IMG/VR virus record: IMGVR_UViG_3300005985_000001 | Location: 1-64,000 of that record | DNA: 64,000 nt | From: a virus | Lineage: Duplodnaviria > Caudoviricetes | Reading direction: 5' to 3' (one strand) | Shown: one piece after another, positions 32,279 to 43,689 of the stretch | Position numbering within the stretch: the first letter of the stretch is position 1 | How the letters are laid out: the number at the start of each line of letters is the position of its first letter | The notes under the pieces: generated by a model | What the model was told of the DNA's origin: nothing | Seen by the model: the letters and a program-made list of their open reading frames with translations, nothing else | The model's database searches: none | Translations under genes and position numbers: made by a program

Positions 32279-32494
32279 TTAGCGAGAATAGGCATGAGGA
32301 ATAATTGTGAGACACAGTTCTTTCAAGGCTTCAGGAATTTCTTCACCTATATAGACGTGTGCCCAGAATTTTTCTTGATCAAATATAGCACCTGCTTTAG
32401 CAAATTCTTCTCGTACCAGATAGGTGCCACCAACGAAAACCCACTTTTGAAATTCCACTTCAACGGCAACGATTGGGGATCTATTTTCTGTCAT
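32279..32494 (-). CDS. Stand-alone paralog of the ATPase N-terminal domain
   Basis: WVFVGGTYLVREEFAKAGAIFD..FWAHVYIG aligns with WVLLGGTFKVRNQLESAGATFD..LWANVYRG. Confidence 0.7.
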   Translation of the reverse strand: MTENRSPIVAVEVEFQKWVFVGGTYLVREEFAKAGAIFDQEKFWAHVYIGEEIPEALKELCLTIIPHAYSR

Positions 32495-32520
32495 TCCTGA
32501 CCTTTCTTCAGAACGTTCCG

Positions 32521-32832
32521 TTAACGATGTTCTTCCAGCCAGCAGTCAGCATTCTCGAAGACAGCCTGGATGAGATAGCCGAAATTACGTGAAATGTGTT
32601 TACGCTGAACGTATTTGCACCAGAGTCGCCGTGTTAACGCAAGAGCTTCTTCGGCAAATTGCCGATGATCTCGGAAATACTGTCCCCAATCGCTAAAGTT
32701 ACAGTCGGCGAGAATTTCCAGAGCAGCCCATTTTTCTGCTGCACACTCTCCAAATTCGGCAGATTCGAGTATTCGAGCAGGCGTTCTCGATCTCATAAGT
32801 AATCGGTAATCTTCAAGACGCATGTTGAACAC
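32521..32832 (-). CDS. Hypothetical protein
   Basis: 103 aa. Confidence 0.6.
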   Translation of the reverse strand: MFNMRLEDYRLLMRSRTPARILESAEFGECAAEKWAALEILADCNFSDWGQYFRDHRQFAEEALALTRRLWCKYVQRKHISRNFGYLIQAVFENADCWLEEHR

Positions 32833-33343
32833 TTTCTGGGAAATTCAATAAAGCAAATTCGCCAAAAAGCTCTTTCGCGGCCTTATCATATGCTTTTGCA
32901 GCTTCTATCTCGTCTTGAAAACTTCCAAGTGAGATTGTCTTGTAATTCACCATGATTCGAGAATGCCAACGCTTGTCCTTTTTACTCCAATAAACTCCTT
33001 TAAAGCTCGAACTGTACCGTCCATTTCGTTTTCTTTGATTGCGTGTATTTTCTGCATTAGTACAGAGTCTTAAGTTCTCCTTTCTGTTATCTAAGGTACG
33101 CCCGTTTATATGGTCAACTTGTAAACCTTTGGGAGCATTAAGGATCTGTCGATGCATATATACCTTTTGAGAATGCCTTCTATCGATATAAACATTTCGC
33201 CGGGCATACCCATCTGAACAGAGCCAATTAAACTGGGATAGTTCTTCATAATTCTCTGCGTCCACTAATGCAATTTGTCCATTTGAAAGGACAATTACGT
33301 TGCAAGTCATCATGTTCGTTTTACTCCACCACAAGCATCTCAC
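32813..33343 (-). mobile_element. HNH-AP2 free-standing homing endonuclease
   Basis: VDHINGRTLDNRKENLR..T.AEN; FKGVYW...W.SRI...LGSF..E.EAAKAYD.AA..LFGEFA.LNF; AT-rich relative to flanks. Confidence 0.9.
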
Positions 33344-33935
33344 GGAGCCGGACTTTACTCGTTACTGCGCGACGACTGTTGTGGCACCATTGAATATTCT
33401 TGGTGAGTGGATCGCGGCGGTAATGCATTTCGTAGATCTGCTGTCCATTTTCTTCGACCACATGGGTTTGATTCCCGCACTCCGGGCATTCCGTCTCATA
33501 GTAGTTAACTTTACGGTAAGGCATCAGGGTTTCTCCTTCTCTGGGCGTGGTGTGCCCTACGAACGAACAGCTATAGCATCCAGCACAGTCTCCAGCATCT
33601 CGGCAAACGCTTCGGCATAGGCTTCCGCTTCTTCTGCCCAGAGATACAAGTAAGGCAGAACCAGACCTGCAACATCACCTTCAAACCAGATCAGTTCACG
33701 ACCTACCGTGACATGCACACGCGGACAGTATCCATGCAGGTTCATACTTCGAAGGGTTTGAGTCGCCTGGTTTAAGCCAGCAAGAATAGCTTGTATATCA
33801 GCAATCGATTCCTCGCAGATCACAAAATGCGAATTGTCGAACCGTGAGTAAGGTATGGGTTCAGAGCCGACCAATCGCTCGATATGTAGTTTGACGCCGA
33901 TCCAAGGAACTACTTCAACACGAGTGTTGAGCATG
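33321..33935 (-). CDS. Zn-ribbon small protein (33321-33524) and hypothetical protein (33557-~33935)
   Basis: CPECG motif; both have hairpin and SD upstream. Confidence 0.6.
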
Positions 33936-33977
33936 AGGTTTCTCCTTCGTTTATGCTCGGTGGTGACGAGTTTTGAA

Positions 33978-34613
33978 CTAAGCTTGTTTCTCAAACTCGG
34001 CAAGGATCATGTTTTCTAGGCGAGTATTGAACTCATCTAACTCCGCATCCTGTGCAGCAGCCCACGCAGCAGCCCGTGCAGCATCCTGTGCAGCAGCCCA
34101 CGCAGCAGCCCGTGCAGTAGCCCACGCAGTAGCCCACGCAGCAGCCCACGCAGCATCCCACGCAGTAGCCCAGTCTTCATCAGTCAGTTCGCCATTAATC
34201 CATTGCTGCTTTAGATCAAGCAGTTCATAATGAAGCCGATTTGCAGTTTGAACTTTTGGATTTGTGCTAGACGGCGAAAACAAATCAAGAGCTTCACGAG
34301 CAACATCGACTGAGAATTGATGCAAAATTCTTTCTACATCGAGCATCCAGAGCGTTTTGCGGTATCGTGCAACCAGCTTATCGCTGCCTTCAACAACATC
34401 ACCCCAACATTCGACACGGCAAACGACAAGCGCATTGTTGCTGGCATAACTCAATGCATCAATCACTCGTCGGCTAGCGTGAAGCCCATATGCGCAAAGT
34501 TCAAGCTCGCCTTCTACAGAGAGTGTTTCTCCAACCTGGACAATGCGATTATCGCCATGTTTCAGTTTGCGATCCGAACCAATGAAATGCCAAGCCAGAA
34601 TTGAATCAGACAT
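33978..34613 (-). CDS. Phage protein with AAW[AD] tandem repeats
   Basis: LCAYGLHAS...DAL.YA....VCRV...G...DKLV.R pattern plus repeat tail. Confidence 0.75.
   Translation of the reverse strand: MSDSILAWHFIGSDRKLKHGDNRIVQVGETLSVEGELELCAYGLHASRRVIDALSYASNNALVVCRVECWGDVVEGSDKLVARYRKTLWMLDVERILHQFSVDVAREALDLFSPSSTNPKVQTANRLHYELLDLKQQWINGELTDEDWATAWDAAWAAAWATAWATARAAAWAAAQDAARAAAWAAAQDAELDEFNTRLENMILAEFEKQA
34045..34172. repeat. 12-bp tandem repeat, about 10 degenerate units (GCAGCAGCCCAC type)
   Basis: Directly visible; encodes AAWA/AAQD units. Confidence 0.85.
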
Positions 34614-34680
34614 TTGAAGCTTCTCCTTCTAACCTTGTGGTGTAGGTGTTTATACTGATTATACTACGAAAACGTACAAA

Positions 34681-36509
34681 TTAAAAGAGATGACTGGCAA
34701 CCTCCAGACTAATAAACGCACGATTGCGTGTCGGCGAGAAATGATAATCGATGCCCATAATGAAGGGATCCAGTCCATCACTGGGAATCCGTGCAGAGAG
34801 CAAGGCTTTATCCAATTCTTCTTCAATGTACTCGAAGTTCATTTGTTCCGGTTCCAGATCCACCCACAGAAACATCCAGCGCCGGGCGTAAAAGCCTTTG
34901 CTGTCATAGTGCGGATTGCTGGATACAACCAGGTGAAACTTCGGGATGCGATTGCACAAGTCGGAACGTTCCGCTTCGGTGAGGTTAAGCATGGATTACT
35001 CCTAAAGTCAGGATAAGCGGTTAATTCGCATTTCCAGATTGTGAATGTACTGTGCCAGTACAAGATTATCAGGGATACCCATCACGCGAGCCAGTATAGT
35101 GATTAAGGCGTACTGACCATTAGCGTCTATCAACAGCCTTTCTGGTGCGTGACTACTACGAGGTCGCTCTGATTCACCTAATTCACAAAGCCAATAACCA
35201 CCCGCCGGATCAAGTTCGGTAATATGGAATAGCTGGTTTTGAACGTGTTTTGTGCTAAGATCGTCTGCAATCAGCACCCAATCTCCAACTTTAAACTTAT
35301 GTGTTGTTTGCATCTTATGTTTACTCTCCGTCTTCCAGATATGCTTTACGAAGAATTGCAATGATTTCTACGACAGAGAACTGGTCAAGTCCTTCTCTTG
35401 TGTCATAGTATGCTTCATACAAGTCGTCAAGGAACTCAGCCAGCATTTCCTGTTCTTCATCGCTGAACATGTTTACTCCGATGCGCTTGTGCCAGTCTTC
35501 AACCGCTTGCTCTAGTAGTCCCAAAGCAATGTGTTCTGGAAATGCCACGTAGAGATCGTGGGTGGTAACAATCATCTTGGCGATGGGATCACCCGCTGCT
35601 TGTGCGGCCAGCAGTATCTCCTTGTTTGTCTTACACCACTCGAATACAGTTTCATTGGTGAGCATGTCTACTCCTTTTCGTTACTACTTTCGGCATCGTC
35701 GGACAAGATATTCGTATCCAGCACATTCCATTCCTGAAGTGCATCCAGTATCTTGTCCATCTCCTCTCGCATGTTGGGCTGTACCAGGCGGCGACAAAAC
35801 GCAAGCATTGACCAGCACGCTTTATGCAGTATGCGAGAGCGTCGATACAGTTCGGTAAGCCGCTCGTTCTCATCTGTGGCAGCGGAGAGCACAGTTTCGA
35901 GGGCGGTTATATATCGCTCGGCACAAGCCGCTTCTTCAAAGTACGCACGTAACCATCCAGGCGTATCCGTAATGTCATGCAAGCGACGGCGCTCAACTTT
36001 GGCGTCATTGTAAGCTTTCGCCAGCGCGTCATCGGAGGTCGAAGGCGTGGGGTCGGTGGTCATCATCATTCGTCCTCCCGAAGAATTCCTTCTTGCTTAA
36101 GCCAGGTTTTGGCTTCCTCAACAGGAAGCTGCCATATCCGATTTGGCACAAGCCAGGGGACAAATGCCTTATCCGAAGCCCAGGGATCAGGTAGTTCAGT
36201 GTCATCTTGTGCAGGCATTGAATGAATATAGTCCGATAGTGTTTTAGGGTCGGTGGTCATCGCTCGTCTCCTATGCCTCTGCTGTTGGGTGGTCGGTGCT
36301 AATTACCGCAGAATCAGAAAAGCAATACCCATTCCAACTGCCATGCTGATCAGAAACGCTGTGAGTACAATTAGACAGCCAACCCCTGCCTGACTGCCAT
36401 CCTGTTCCATCTGATCTTCGTATTGCAACGCATAGTACAGTTCAGCTTCATCATCCAGATTATAATCAGACATGATATTCTCCCTGAGAAAATAAAGGGG
36501 CAGGATCAT
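34681..36509 (-). CDS. Run of small hypothetical proteins (34681-34992, 35008-~35313, 35321-35665, 35668-36069, 36066-36260, 36303-~36475)
   Basis: Tandem ORFs with SD sites. Confidence 0.55.
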
Positions 36510-36518
36510 CCTGCCCCT
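36489..36518 (-). terminator. Intrinsic terminator after ssb
   Basis: Minus strand AGGGGCAGGAT-G-ATCCTGCCCCT followed by TTATTTT. Confidence 0.75.
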
Positions 36519-36539
36519 GTTGACGGAACGTTCCGTAAG

Positions 36540-36965
36540 TTAGAACTGCACCTCTTCGACCACTGATTCCTGAATGGCTTCTGCACCTGCCTGCTCAGTG
36601 CGATCCTTCCATTCCTTCACATAGACTTCTTCGACACGAATGGTCACATCGCTGGCGTTATCGCCATTATTGGTGGTATAGCAGCGCGATCCCATGACTT
36701 TGGCAACCACTGTGACAGACTTCCAGCGGCGAAGAATCTTGTCCAGCCCTTCGGCGCGAGTGCCGTAGACCGCACAGTTGAACCACACCGGCTGCTTGAC
36801 GACCGTGCCATCTTCTTTGGTGTAGTCCTGATTGTTGCAGACCGAGAAATTGAGCACAGCATTCCCGTTCTGCATATAGGTCAGGTCTTTGATCTTGCCC
36901 AGATTGCCATCGAAAACGAACAGGTTCAGATTACGGATTGCGACTTCGTGATTGTTGTTAGCCAT
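36540..36965 (-). CDS. ssb: Single-stranded DNA-binding protein
   Basis: LNLFVFDGNLG...L.Y..NG.AV.NFSV.NN...WFNC.VYG.RAE; acidic tail EEVQF. Confidence 0.9.
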   Translation of the reverse strand: MANNNHEVAIRNLNLFVFDGNLGKIKDLTYMQNGNAVLNFSVCNNQDYTKEDGTVVKQPVWFNCAVYGTRAEGLDKILRRWKSVTVVAKVMGSRCYTTNNGDNASDVTIRVEEVYVKEWKDRTEQAGAEAIQESVVEEVQF

Positions 36966-37021
36966 TGTGGTTACTCTCCTTCTTGGTTAGCGAATGGTGT
37001 TGGTAGTGCTGCGAACGAAAA

Positions 37022-39667
37022 CTACTGATTGAGCCACTTCAAAAACTCCTCATCAGACCCAAGCCTGATACGAACAATACGTGCTGCAACTAAAAGTTCA
37101 TGGCGTCCTTTCTCATAGCCGCTTTTGTAGATGCCGTAGATACGGTCGTTTTCTGACTGGTCATCGACTGTTAGTGTGCGACCCAATCCAAGCTGGTGAG
37201 CATCAACCATCACTGCTCCAGAAAGACCATCATCATAGCCAATCATGTAAAACAAGTATTCCTGTGATAGCTCTGGCATAATTACTCCTTATCTCTGCTG
37301 AAGCACGGCACTGAGGGTATAGCTCAACGCAGCCGCGACGGAATCACCCACCAGCCGGTGATTCAGGTAGCGGTTCTGGAAATTATCCTGCTGGGGCACA
37401 TACTGACGGGCCTGCTCGTCGGTCAAGGCTTTCACATCAGCGATTTCATCCCAGGTTTGGGTGACGTAGTTGAAATATTTCATGGGTTTGTCTTTCAGCT
37501 AATATCGCCTGTTGGGTTGATCTCATCATCTTCTGTGAGATCAATAACTATTACTTGTGCATCTGGCTTCATCCGCTGTAGTTCCTCAATCGGATCAATT
37601 ACTTCGTGATCCTCAAAGTGAATCGGACGCACTTCATGCCATTCGCCATACTGCATAGCCAATGCTTGCAGGCGAGTTTCCCATTTTGACCAGTCCTTAA
37701 CACCGCGAAGATCTTCTAGGCTGATTTCGTCCAAGAACGGATGTGCCTCAAGAAGATATGGCTTACATTCCTGACTTACACGCGGCAGGGCATGGGTATA
37801 GAGGTCGTCACTTGTCATGAAGTTCAGGATGTCATAGACGCAATCAATCGGATATTCAGTCCCAGGAACAGGGCAAAGAAATCCAGTGGTAATACTGAGT
37901 AATGCATTTAAATGGAACTGGCGCATTGGGCCTCTCCTTCTCTCCTGTGTGGTGCAGGATGTCTATTACTTGTTCGAGAACTGCAAGACTCTGGAATACA
38001 AATTGCTATCGTTTCTCGGATTTTACGGAACGTTCCGTCATGAACCTCCTAAAAGTGCCTGCACCATGAGAATGACTAAGCCAATGAGCATAACGCCAAG
38101 CATGGACCAACGAATAGTGGCGGCGAAGAACCCTTCATACTCAATGTCTTCGAGATACTTGTCGACGATACGATTAATCAGGCGCTGCATCAGGTTTTTC
38201 TCCTTCATTGAATAGGCATGTGGTGGATGTCAGGTTAGGCTTCTTCGGTCAGTGTCACCTCGATAAATTCAAATGTATCGTCCGGGAATAAAGAGGTCTG
38301 AAGCCAGTGCTTGTGCGCTTCAACTTTCTCGCGGGAAATCCAGTGCAGGTCATAACGATCAGGATCAGGTGAAAAGTTCACATAGCCTTCATGTTCACCG
38401 TAGGTTGGATAGATCCAGAAGGCATACATGTCTGCATCTTCTCGAATCTCATACCGATGGAGTCGTTTACGCTGCACTGCATCAGGATACAACCGGCGTG
38501 ATTTTAGCTCGATGAACAGTGCCTCAGACCAGTCATAATATTGCTCTGTGAACCCTTCTTCATCGAGATATTCCCACTTTGAAATAAGCGTGGCATTATC
38601 CATCGCTTCAACAGTTGCTTCGATGCTTTTCTTCTGTGCTCACCAATCTTCGAAGTTCATAGGTTTATTCTCCTTATCTACTCGGAACGTTCCGGGCGTA
38701 GTTTGGTAAACACCAGTACCTGTTTATGTTCCAGGTAGCTGCTTTTCCACTCTTGGTCAGTCAAAATAGTTTCGACCAAGAGCCATTGGGCATGAGGGCA
38801 GAATCCGGCTTGATACAGCCCATTAGGACCATAGAACTCTGCGACTTGAGGCATGGGATAGTAGAAAATCTGATTGACCTGATCGTTGATTTCCATTGTT
38901 TCTTTTACCTTTCCCAGCGCCAGTAAATGACGTTTTTGCCTTGATGGTCTTCGTAGAAACCCATCTTGAACATAATCTTGCGCAGCCAGCGACGACGATT
39001 GGTTGAGATCACAAACATCTTAGGCATCGTACAATCGCGGTAGACAATCACGCGATTTTCGCCGAATGTCCCTTCGTAAATCATGATCACATCATGCATT
39101 CTACTACTCCTTGTTTATCCAGATCAAGACGAACGGGGGATTAGTTCTCTGTGTTAAAGAACCTGCTCAAGCGTTGAACCAAGTCATACAAATGCTCATC
39201 CCGATACCGATACGGAATCTTCAAACTCTTGCCAAGTTCGTTTTCCGTGAAATGGCTGTTGCTGTGATGCCCCCAGCATCTCCCATCGGAATAGTAGTAT
39301 CCGATCTCTACGCCATCCAGATAGATCGGATACCGTTTGTCCATGCCCACTGCTTTTGTGGGCGTGCCATGTGTGATTTCCATAGATTTATCCTCCAAAT
39401 TAGAGAACGGATGATTAGTCTCTCTTCCTTCTCCCTCCCCGCCTACCGGTCCATCAACGCGGTTTCAATCTGGGCATAGGCACGAGAAGCAGCCTGATAC
39501 AGCGGATGATCTTCCGGGTAAAGCGTCTGCACGTTACGCAGCACTTCAATGAAGGCATGGGTGGCGGAAATCACCACCTGGAGGGCATCCAGACGGGTAC
39601 TGAGATCCATCTGTTCATCGTAGAGCAGGGCATACAGATTGAGGATATTCTCGGTGATGGTGAACAT
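37022..39667 (-). CDS. Run of small hypothetical proteins (37022-37279, 37289-37483, 37495-37926, 38235-38603, 38678-38896, 38905-39099, 39141-~39381, 39443-39667)
   Basis: Tandem ORFs, several with hairpin and SD. Confidence 0.55.
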
Positions 39668-39698
39668 GGGGGTATTTCTCCTTCTGCCTGAGTGGTGG

Positions 39699-39920
39699 TC
39701 AGGGTGTTTGAAATGCGAGTTCTATGAGTTTCTTGATCGAGCGATGATGCTTTTTGCCGTTCTGTGTGAGTACCACCGTATCATCAACCGAGAGATACAC
39801 AGCTTTCTGGATCCTGCGAACTCTCCCTTTATTCGATATTTCATAGTCCGGGAACTCCGAGATTGACTTCCAGAGCTCTTCAACAATGGGTTGTTTCTTG
39901 GGTCTTGGCCCTAAAAGCAT
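39699..39920 (-). CDS. NUMOD4-only small protein
   Basis: ELWKSISEFPDYEISNKGRVR...VVL..NGK......KL+..AF; no HNH domain. Confidence 0.7.
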   Translation of the reverse strand: MLLGPRPKKQPIVEELWKSISEFPDYEISNKGRVRRIQKAVYLSVDDTVVLTQNGKKHHRSIKKLIELAFQTP

Positions 39921-40035
39921 GTTACCTCCGTTACATTTCTTCCCTCATCCTATGGTCTAACCCCCCCCCTAAATACACATTTCTTCCCGTGAGGTGTTAC
40001 CGAGGTTACAGGACTGCGGAACGTTCCGCGCATGG

Positions 40036-43000
40036 TTAGGCATTGAGTTTTGAGTTGATCCAGACTTCTGCGCCAATGACATAGAAAGGCGCATGGGTAT
40101 CCAGTACCCATCCATTAACCTGAAGCATGTCGTGGATCTGGGCAAGGCGCTTCTCAGATGCTTCGTAGTAGCGAGGTTTTTCGTTAGTCCGCTGAAAAGA
40201 GACGGTGAGGAATCCCCATGACCAAAAGATAATGCGTTCGAGCATCGTGTATTCTCCTTCAAGGTCTGTGTGGTGCAGACGATGTACCTATTATACTACG
40301 AATTGCTGTGGAGAACCATGCAGGTTTCGCAGACCGGGACGGTTCCTCGTCCTGGCACGGTCATAGTCCTTCAGCGGTCAAAGTCCTGTTGCGTACAAGG
40401 GGTACAGGGGTCGGAAGCATGGTGGCTAATCCCCGAATTCAAGGATGAACTTCTGCCCGAATTTGGCATTGCCCACCACCTTGATCTGCTCCAGGATCAT
40501 CGGGATGTATTGGTGAAACACGGGAAACTTGAAGCCAGTCTTCAATAGATAGGTCATCTCCGTTGCTTTACCGCCGAACAAAAATGAAGCCACATGCCAG
40601 ATCGACTCTTCGCCACCACAACTGGGATCATTGACCGGTGTATAGAAGCGTTCCCAGTTGTTTGGGATGACCACGGGTGCAGGCTTGGACACGGGCTTGG
40701 GAGGTGGAGCCACCACATTGGTGGCTCCCTTCGGTGAGTACACTGGCAGCAATGCGGCGAGATCCGCAGGCACTGCCGAGAACAGACCCTCGTTACTCTG
40801 CATCATCCACCTTCCCGAAGGTCACGAGACCGGATAACTTGGCTAACTCACTGCGATAGGCTTTGTCCATCTTGGTGATCACCAGATCAAGGAACTTCTG
40901 CACGCCTTCTGCATCCTTCGCACGAGTGAAGATCTCGAAGGCAGGCAGGGTACGCCCCAGCAGCAGCCAGGCTTCCAACTGGTACTTGTTGACGATGCTG
41001 TTGACATTGATGTGGGTCAGTCGATGATACTGAACAATCTGATTCTCGTTCAGTCCGGTGAAATCGCGCTTGGAGACCAATTGCTTCTGGTCGTCAGATG
41101 CTTCACCACGCGCAACCGCTTTTAATGCGGCATTGAACTTGTCTGTATATTCATTCCAGTCATTAGTGCGCTTCTCAATCGCCACGTTCACCGGATGCGC
41201 GTTGCCGGTGGTGAGACCGATCAACTGCCCGAAGTCATTGAACTGCTTGCTGGCATAGTGCGCGGTGTAGTACACCTGCTTGTCGATCTCGTTGCGACGA
41301 CCGACCACTGCCCGATCCTGATCGCCTTCCAGGTCCAGCAGGTTGAGGATACGCACATCTGCACTCAGTTCCGCAGCAAAGGCACGATGAATGCCTTCGC
41401 TATGATAAGCCAGCGCACGGGCAATCTGATCCATCTGGATGTTGTTCTGGTACACCACTGGTACCCCCGCTTTGCGGCTGCCCTGGGTGGTGCGGGTCAG
41501 CCCGATCATGCCCAGCGTCAGCAGTTCTTCGAAATGAGCACGCACGCTCATGGCGTCAATCTGTTCTTGGGTGTAGCTCAGCCGAGCCGGAAGCGCGGAA
41601 CGTTCCGCCCAGGTACGGATCGACGGGTTGACAGGCGCAACTTCGGTCACGGGGGTTTCGGTGATAACTGCTTCCATATTCACATTCTCCTCATTGATAA
41701 CCGGCGCAGGGGTGTTACCGTTCATGCCAAACAGGGTGTTCTTGCCAGTACGACGATTAGCCATTAGATTTCTCCTTCTTAGAGTGTGGTAAACGCGAGT
41801 AGATCAAGAGGCTGTGAAACAACCATGCGAATACGCCGAAGCGTCCGACCGAACCGTACTTCTTCTGCCAACTCCTTCCAGCACAAGTTGGATATAAAGT
41901 CCTCTTCCCAGGCCCCACAGGGAAGATTCGCCTGATTGACAGCACGGACTTCTGCCATACGCTTCATAAACTGGATCTGTGCTTCAGTGAACATGATGTA
42001 TGTAGCGACCTTTCTATAGGGGATGCTCTATGGACATGTATATAGGGCGATGCTTATCCATCGCCCATTGTTGGGTATATGCTTACCTACTGACGGTTGC
42101 GGAAGTTCTTGAACACTTCACTGTCCTGAATACGCTCCAGGTGACGCTGAGCAGCCATCTCATGCCCATAGACCTTTGTCACCTTCCGGTTGAGGATGTT
42201 CTCAGTGCGACCCGTGCGAGGGTGATACTCATAGGTTGCCAGGAACACAGCATACCCACCATCAAACGACTGCACTTCGAACTTGCTCGTGCGTTGAATC
42301 CTGTTTGCGTTCATTGTTGATACTCTCCTTCATATAGCCTGCATGGTGCAGGCAGAACCCACTTAGCTAGACTTCTTTGCTGCAAGACGAACAATCGGGG
42401 TGATTTCAAGCGTGTCCGCATCGATGACAAACAACCGTTTCTCAGTAGCAGCATCTGCGACATAGTGCTTGGTGATGCCATTCACGGAGACCGAGCTAAT
42501 CACGAACTTCTGCTGAGCAGCCTTCAGCAGCACCATATCCTCAGTGGTGAGCAGGGGCTGTGTGGCTGCCTGACCGACAAACTCTTCGTCCGAATGACGC
42601 TTGCCCACGATGACGTTGATGACCACGAATACGATGAGGATGGTTGCCATGCCTGCGATAAACCATTCCATGTGTATGCTCCTTAGTCCTGATACATCCA
42701 GCCAAATTGCATTTCATGCTCGACTGCCTTGAGGCGCACCAGATCGCCCTGACGCAGCACCAGAATTTCCATCTGCGTGCAGGCGTCATCCATCGAGCAG
42801 CCTGTACGAACCATCAAGGCAATCGCCTCATCGACCCGAACATCCTGCGTATCAATGAATGGCTTGACCGACTTTGCCGCTTTGTTGCCCCGTACCATGC
42901 TCAACAGACCCATTTCAACTGCTCCTTGTGTAGGACCCACCGAATAAAGAGGACATGCAGGCTCCAGATCAAAAACACGCCTCAGAGGACGTGTTTCACT

Positions 43001-43689
43001 GATGGAGTTATGAGGTTGTGTACTGGTTTATTGTTGCTCGACGGTACGCCGTACTCTCGCGGTCAACATATTCCTGCGGAGAGAGTCTGGATGCGGACAA
43101 ACTACTATCGCGCACCAAAGATGATGCACTTTATTCTCCTTTCCTAATGGATCTCTGAAATAGAGACGCCAAAACCACAGTGGGGGAATTGCACCCCCAC
43201 TATGTCCTACTAGGACTGTGGTTAGTAATGATGGATTTCACCATCTTCGACCAGGATAATTAATTGGACCTTATCCCAGTCGTCGCCAAAATCATCAGTC
43301 ACAGTTTCTGTGACACTGACTTCAGTAGAGTGGTCATACATTTCCCCTTTGCAGTCAAAGAGCATTGTATGCCAGGTCGATATAATCACACTGCTTACGT
43401 CATAAACAGAGCGTGTGCATCGCTCTGCCCTGCCGTTCGTGTGAAATCTCCAACGAGCTACACCGAGGTCAACAAATGCGCGATGACCCGCCTCGTTGCC
43501 ACCCAATTCCATGACAAACTTTTCGCTGTCATGAAACATATTCTTGAATTCGGACACTGAAAGCCCTGCCCGAACAAGATCTTGGCGCATGAATACTGAA
43601 GCCGATTGACGCAGTTCTCGCGTCACGTTTGTTGCTGAGTTAGTCACGATGTGACCACCCTTTCCCGCCTCGCGGCGAAATTCGAGCAC
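40036..43689 (-). CDS. Run of hypothetical proteins (40036-40245, 40426-40806, 40793-41764 [323 aa], 41779-41994, 42087-42314, 42363-42671, 42683-~42913, 43222-~43647)
   Basis: Tandem ORFs with strong AAGGAG SD sites. Confidence 0.6.

Larger units (their letters stand above)
9742..40302 (-). promoter_or_regulatory. Conserved leftward promoter motif TTCGTAG-TAKAAT-NNGTAYA (4 copies)
   Basis: 9742-9754, 19394-19406, 34658-34670, 40290-40302; all intergenic, each 9-15 nt upstream of a CACCAC hairpin. Confidence 0.75.

Noticed and set aside
33978-34613. Diversity-generating retroelement target
   Set aside because: The repeats are tandem, there is no TR/VR pair with adenine-specific differences and no reverse transcriptase in the window.
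21651-41790. CACCAC-like sequences upstream of SD sites at about 21651-21660 and 41784-41790
   Set aside because: A loop-like sequence is present but no flanking stem forms, so they were not counted as family members.
74-43560. Long plus-strand ORFs in the left arm (e.g. 5363-6088, 6948-7640, 30399-31118, 41195-41767)
   Set aside because: Antisense shadows of recognisable minus-strand genes; no SD sites or motifs.
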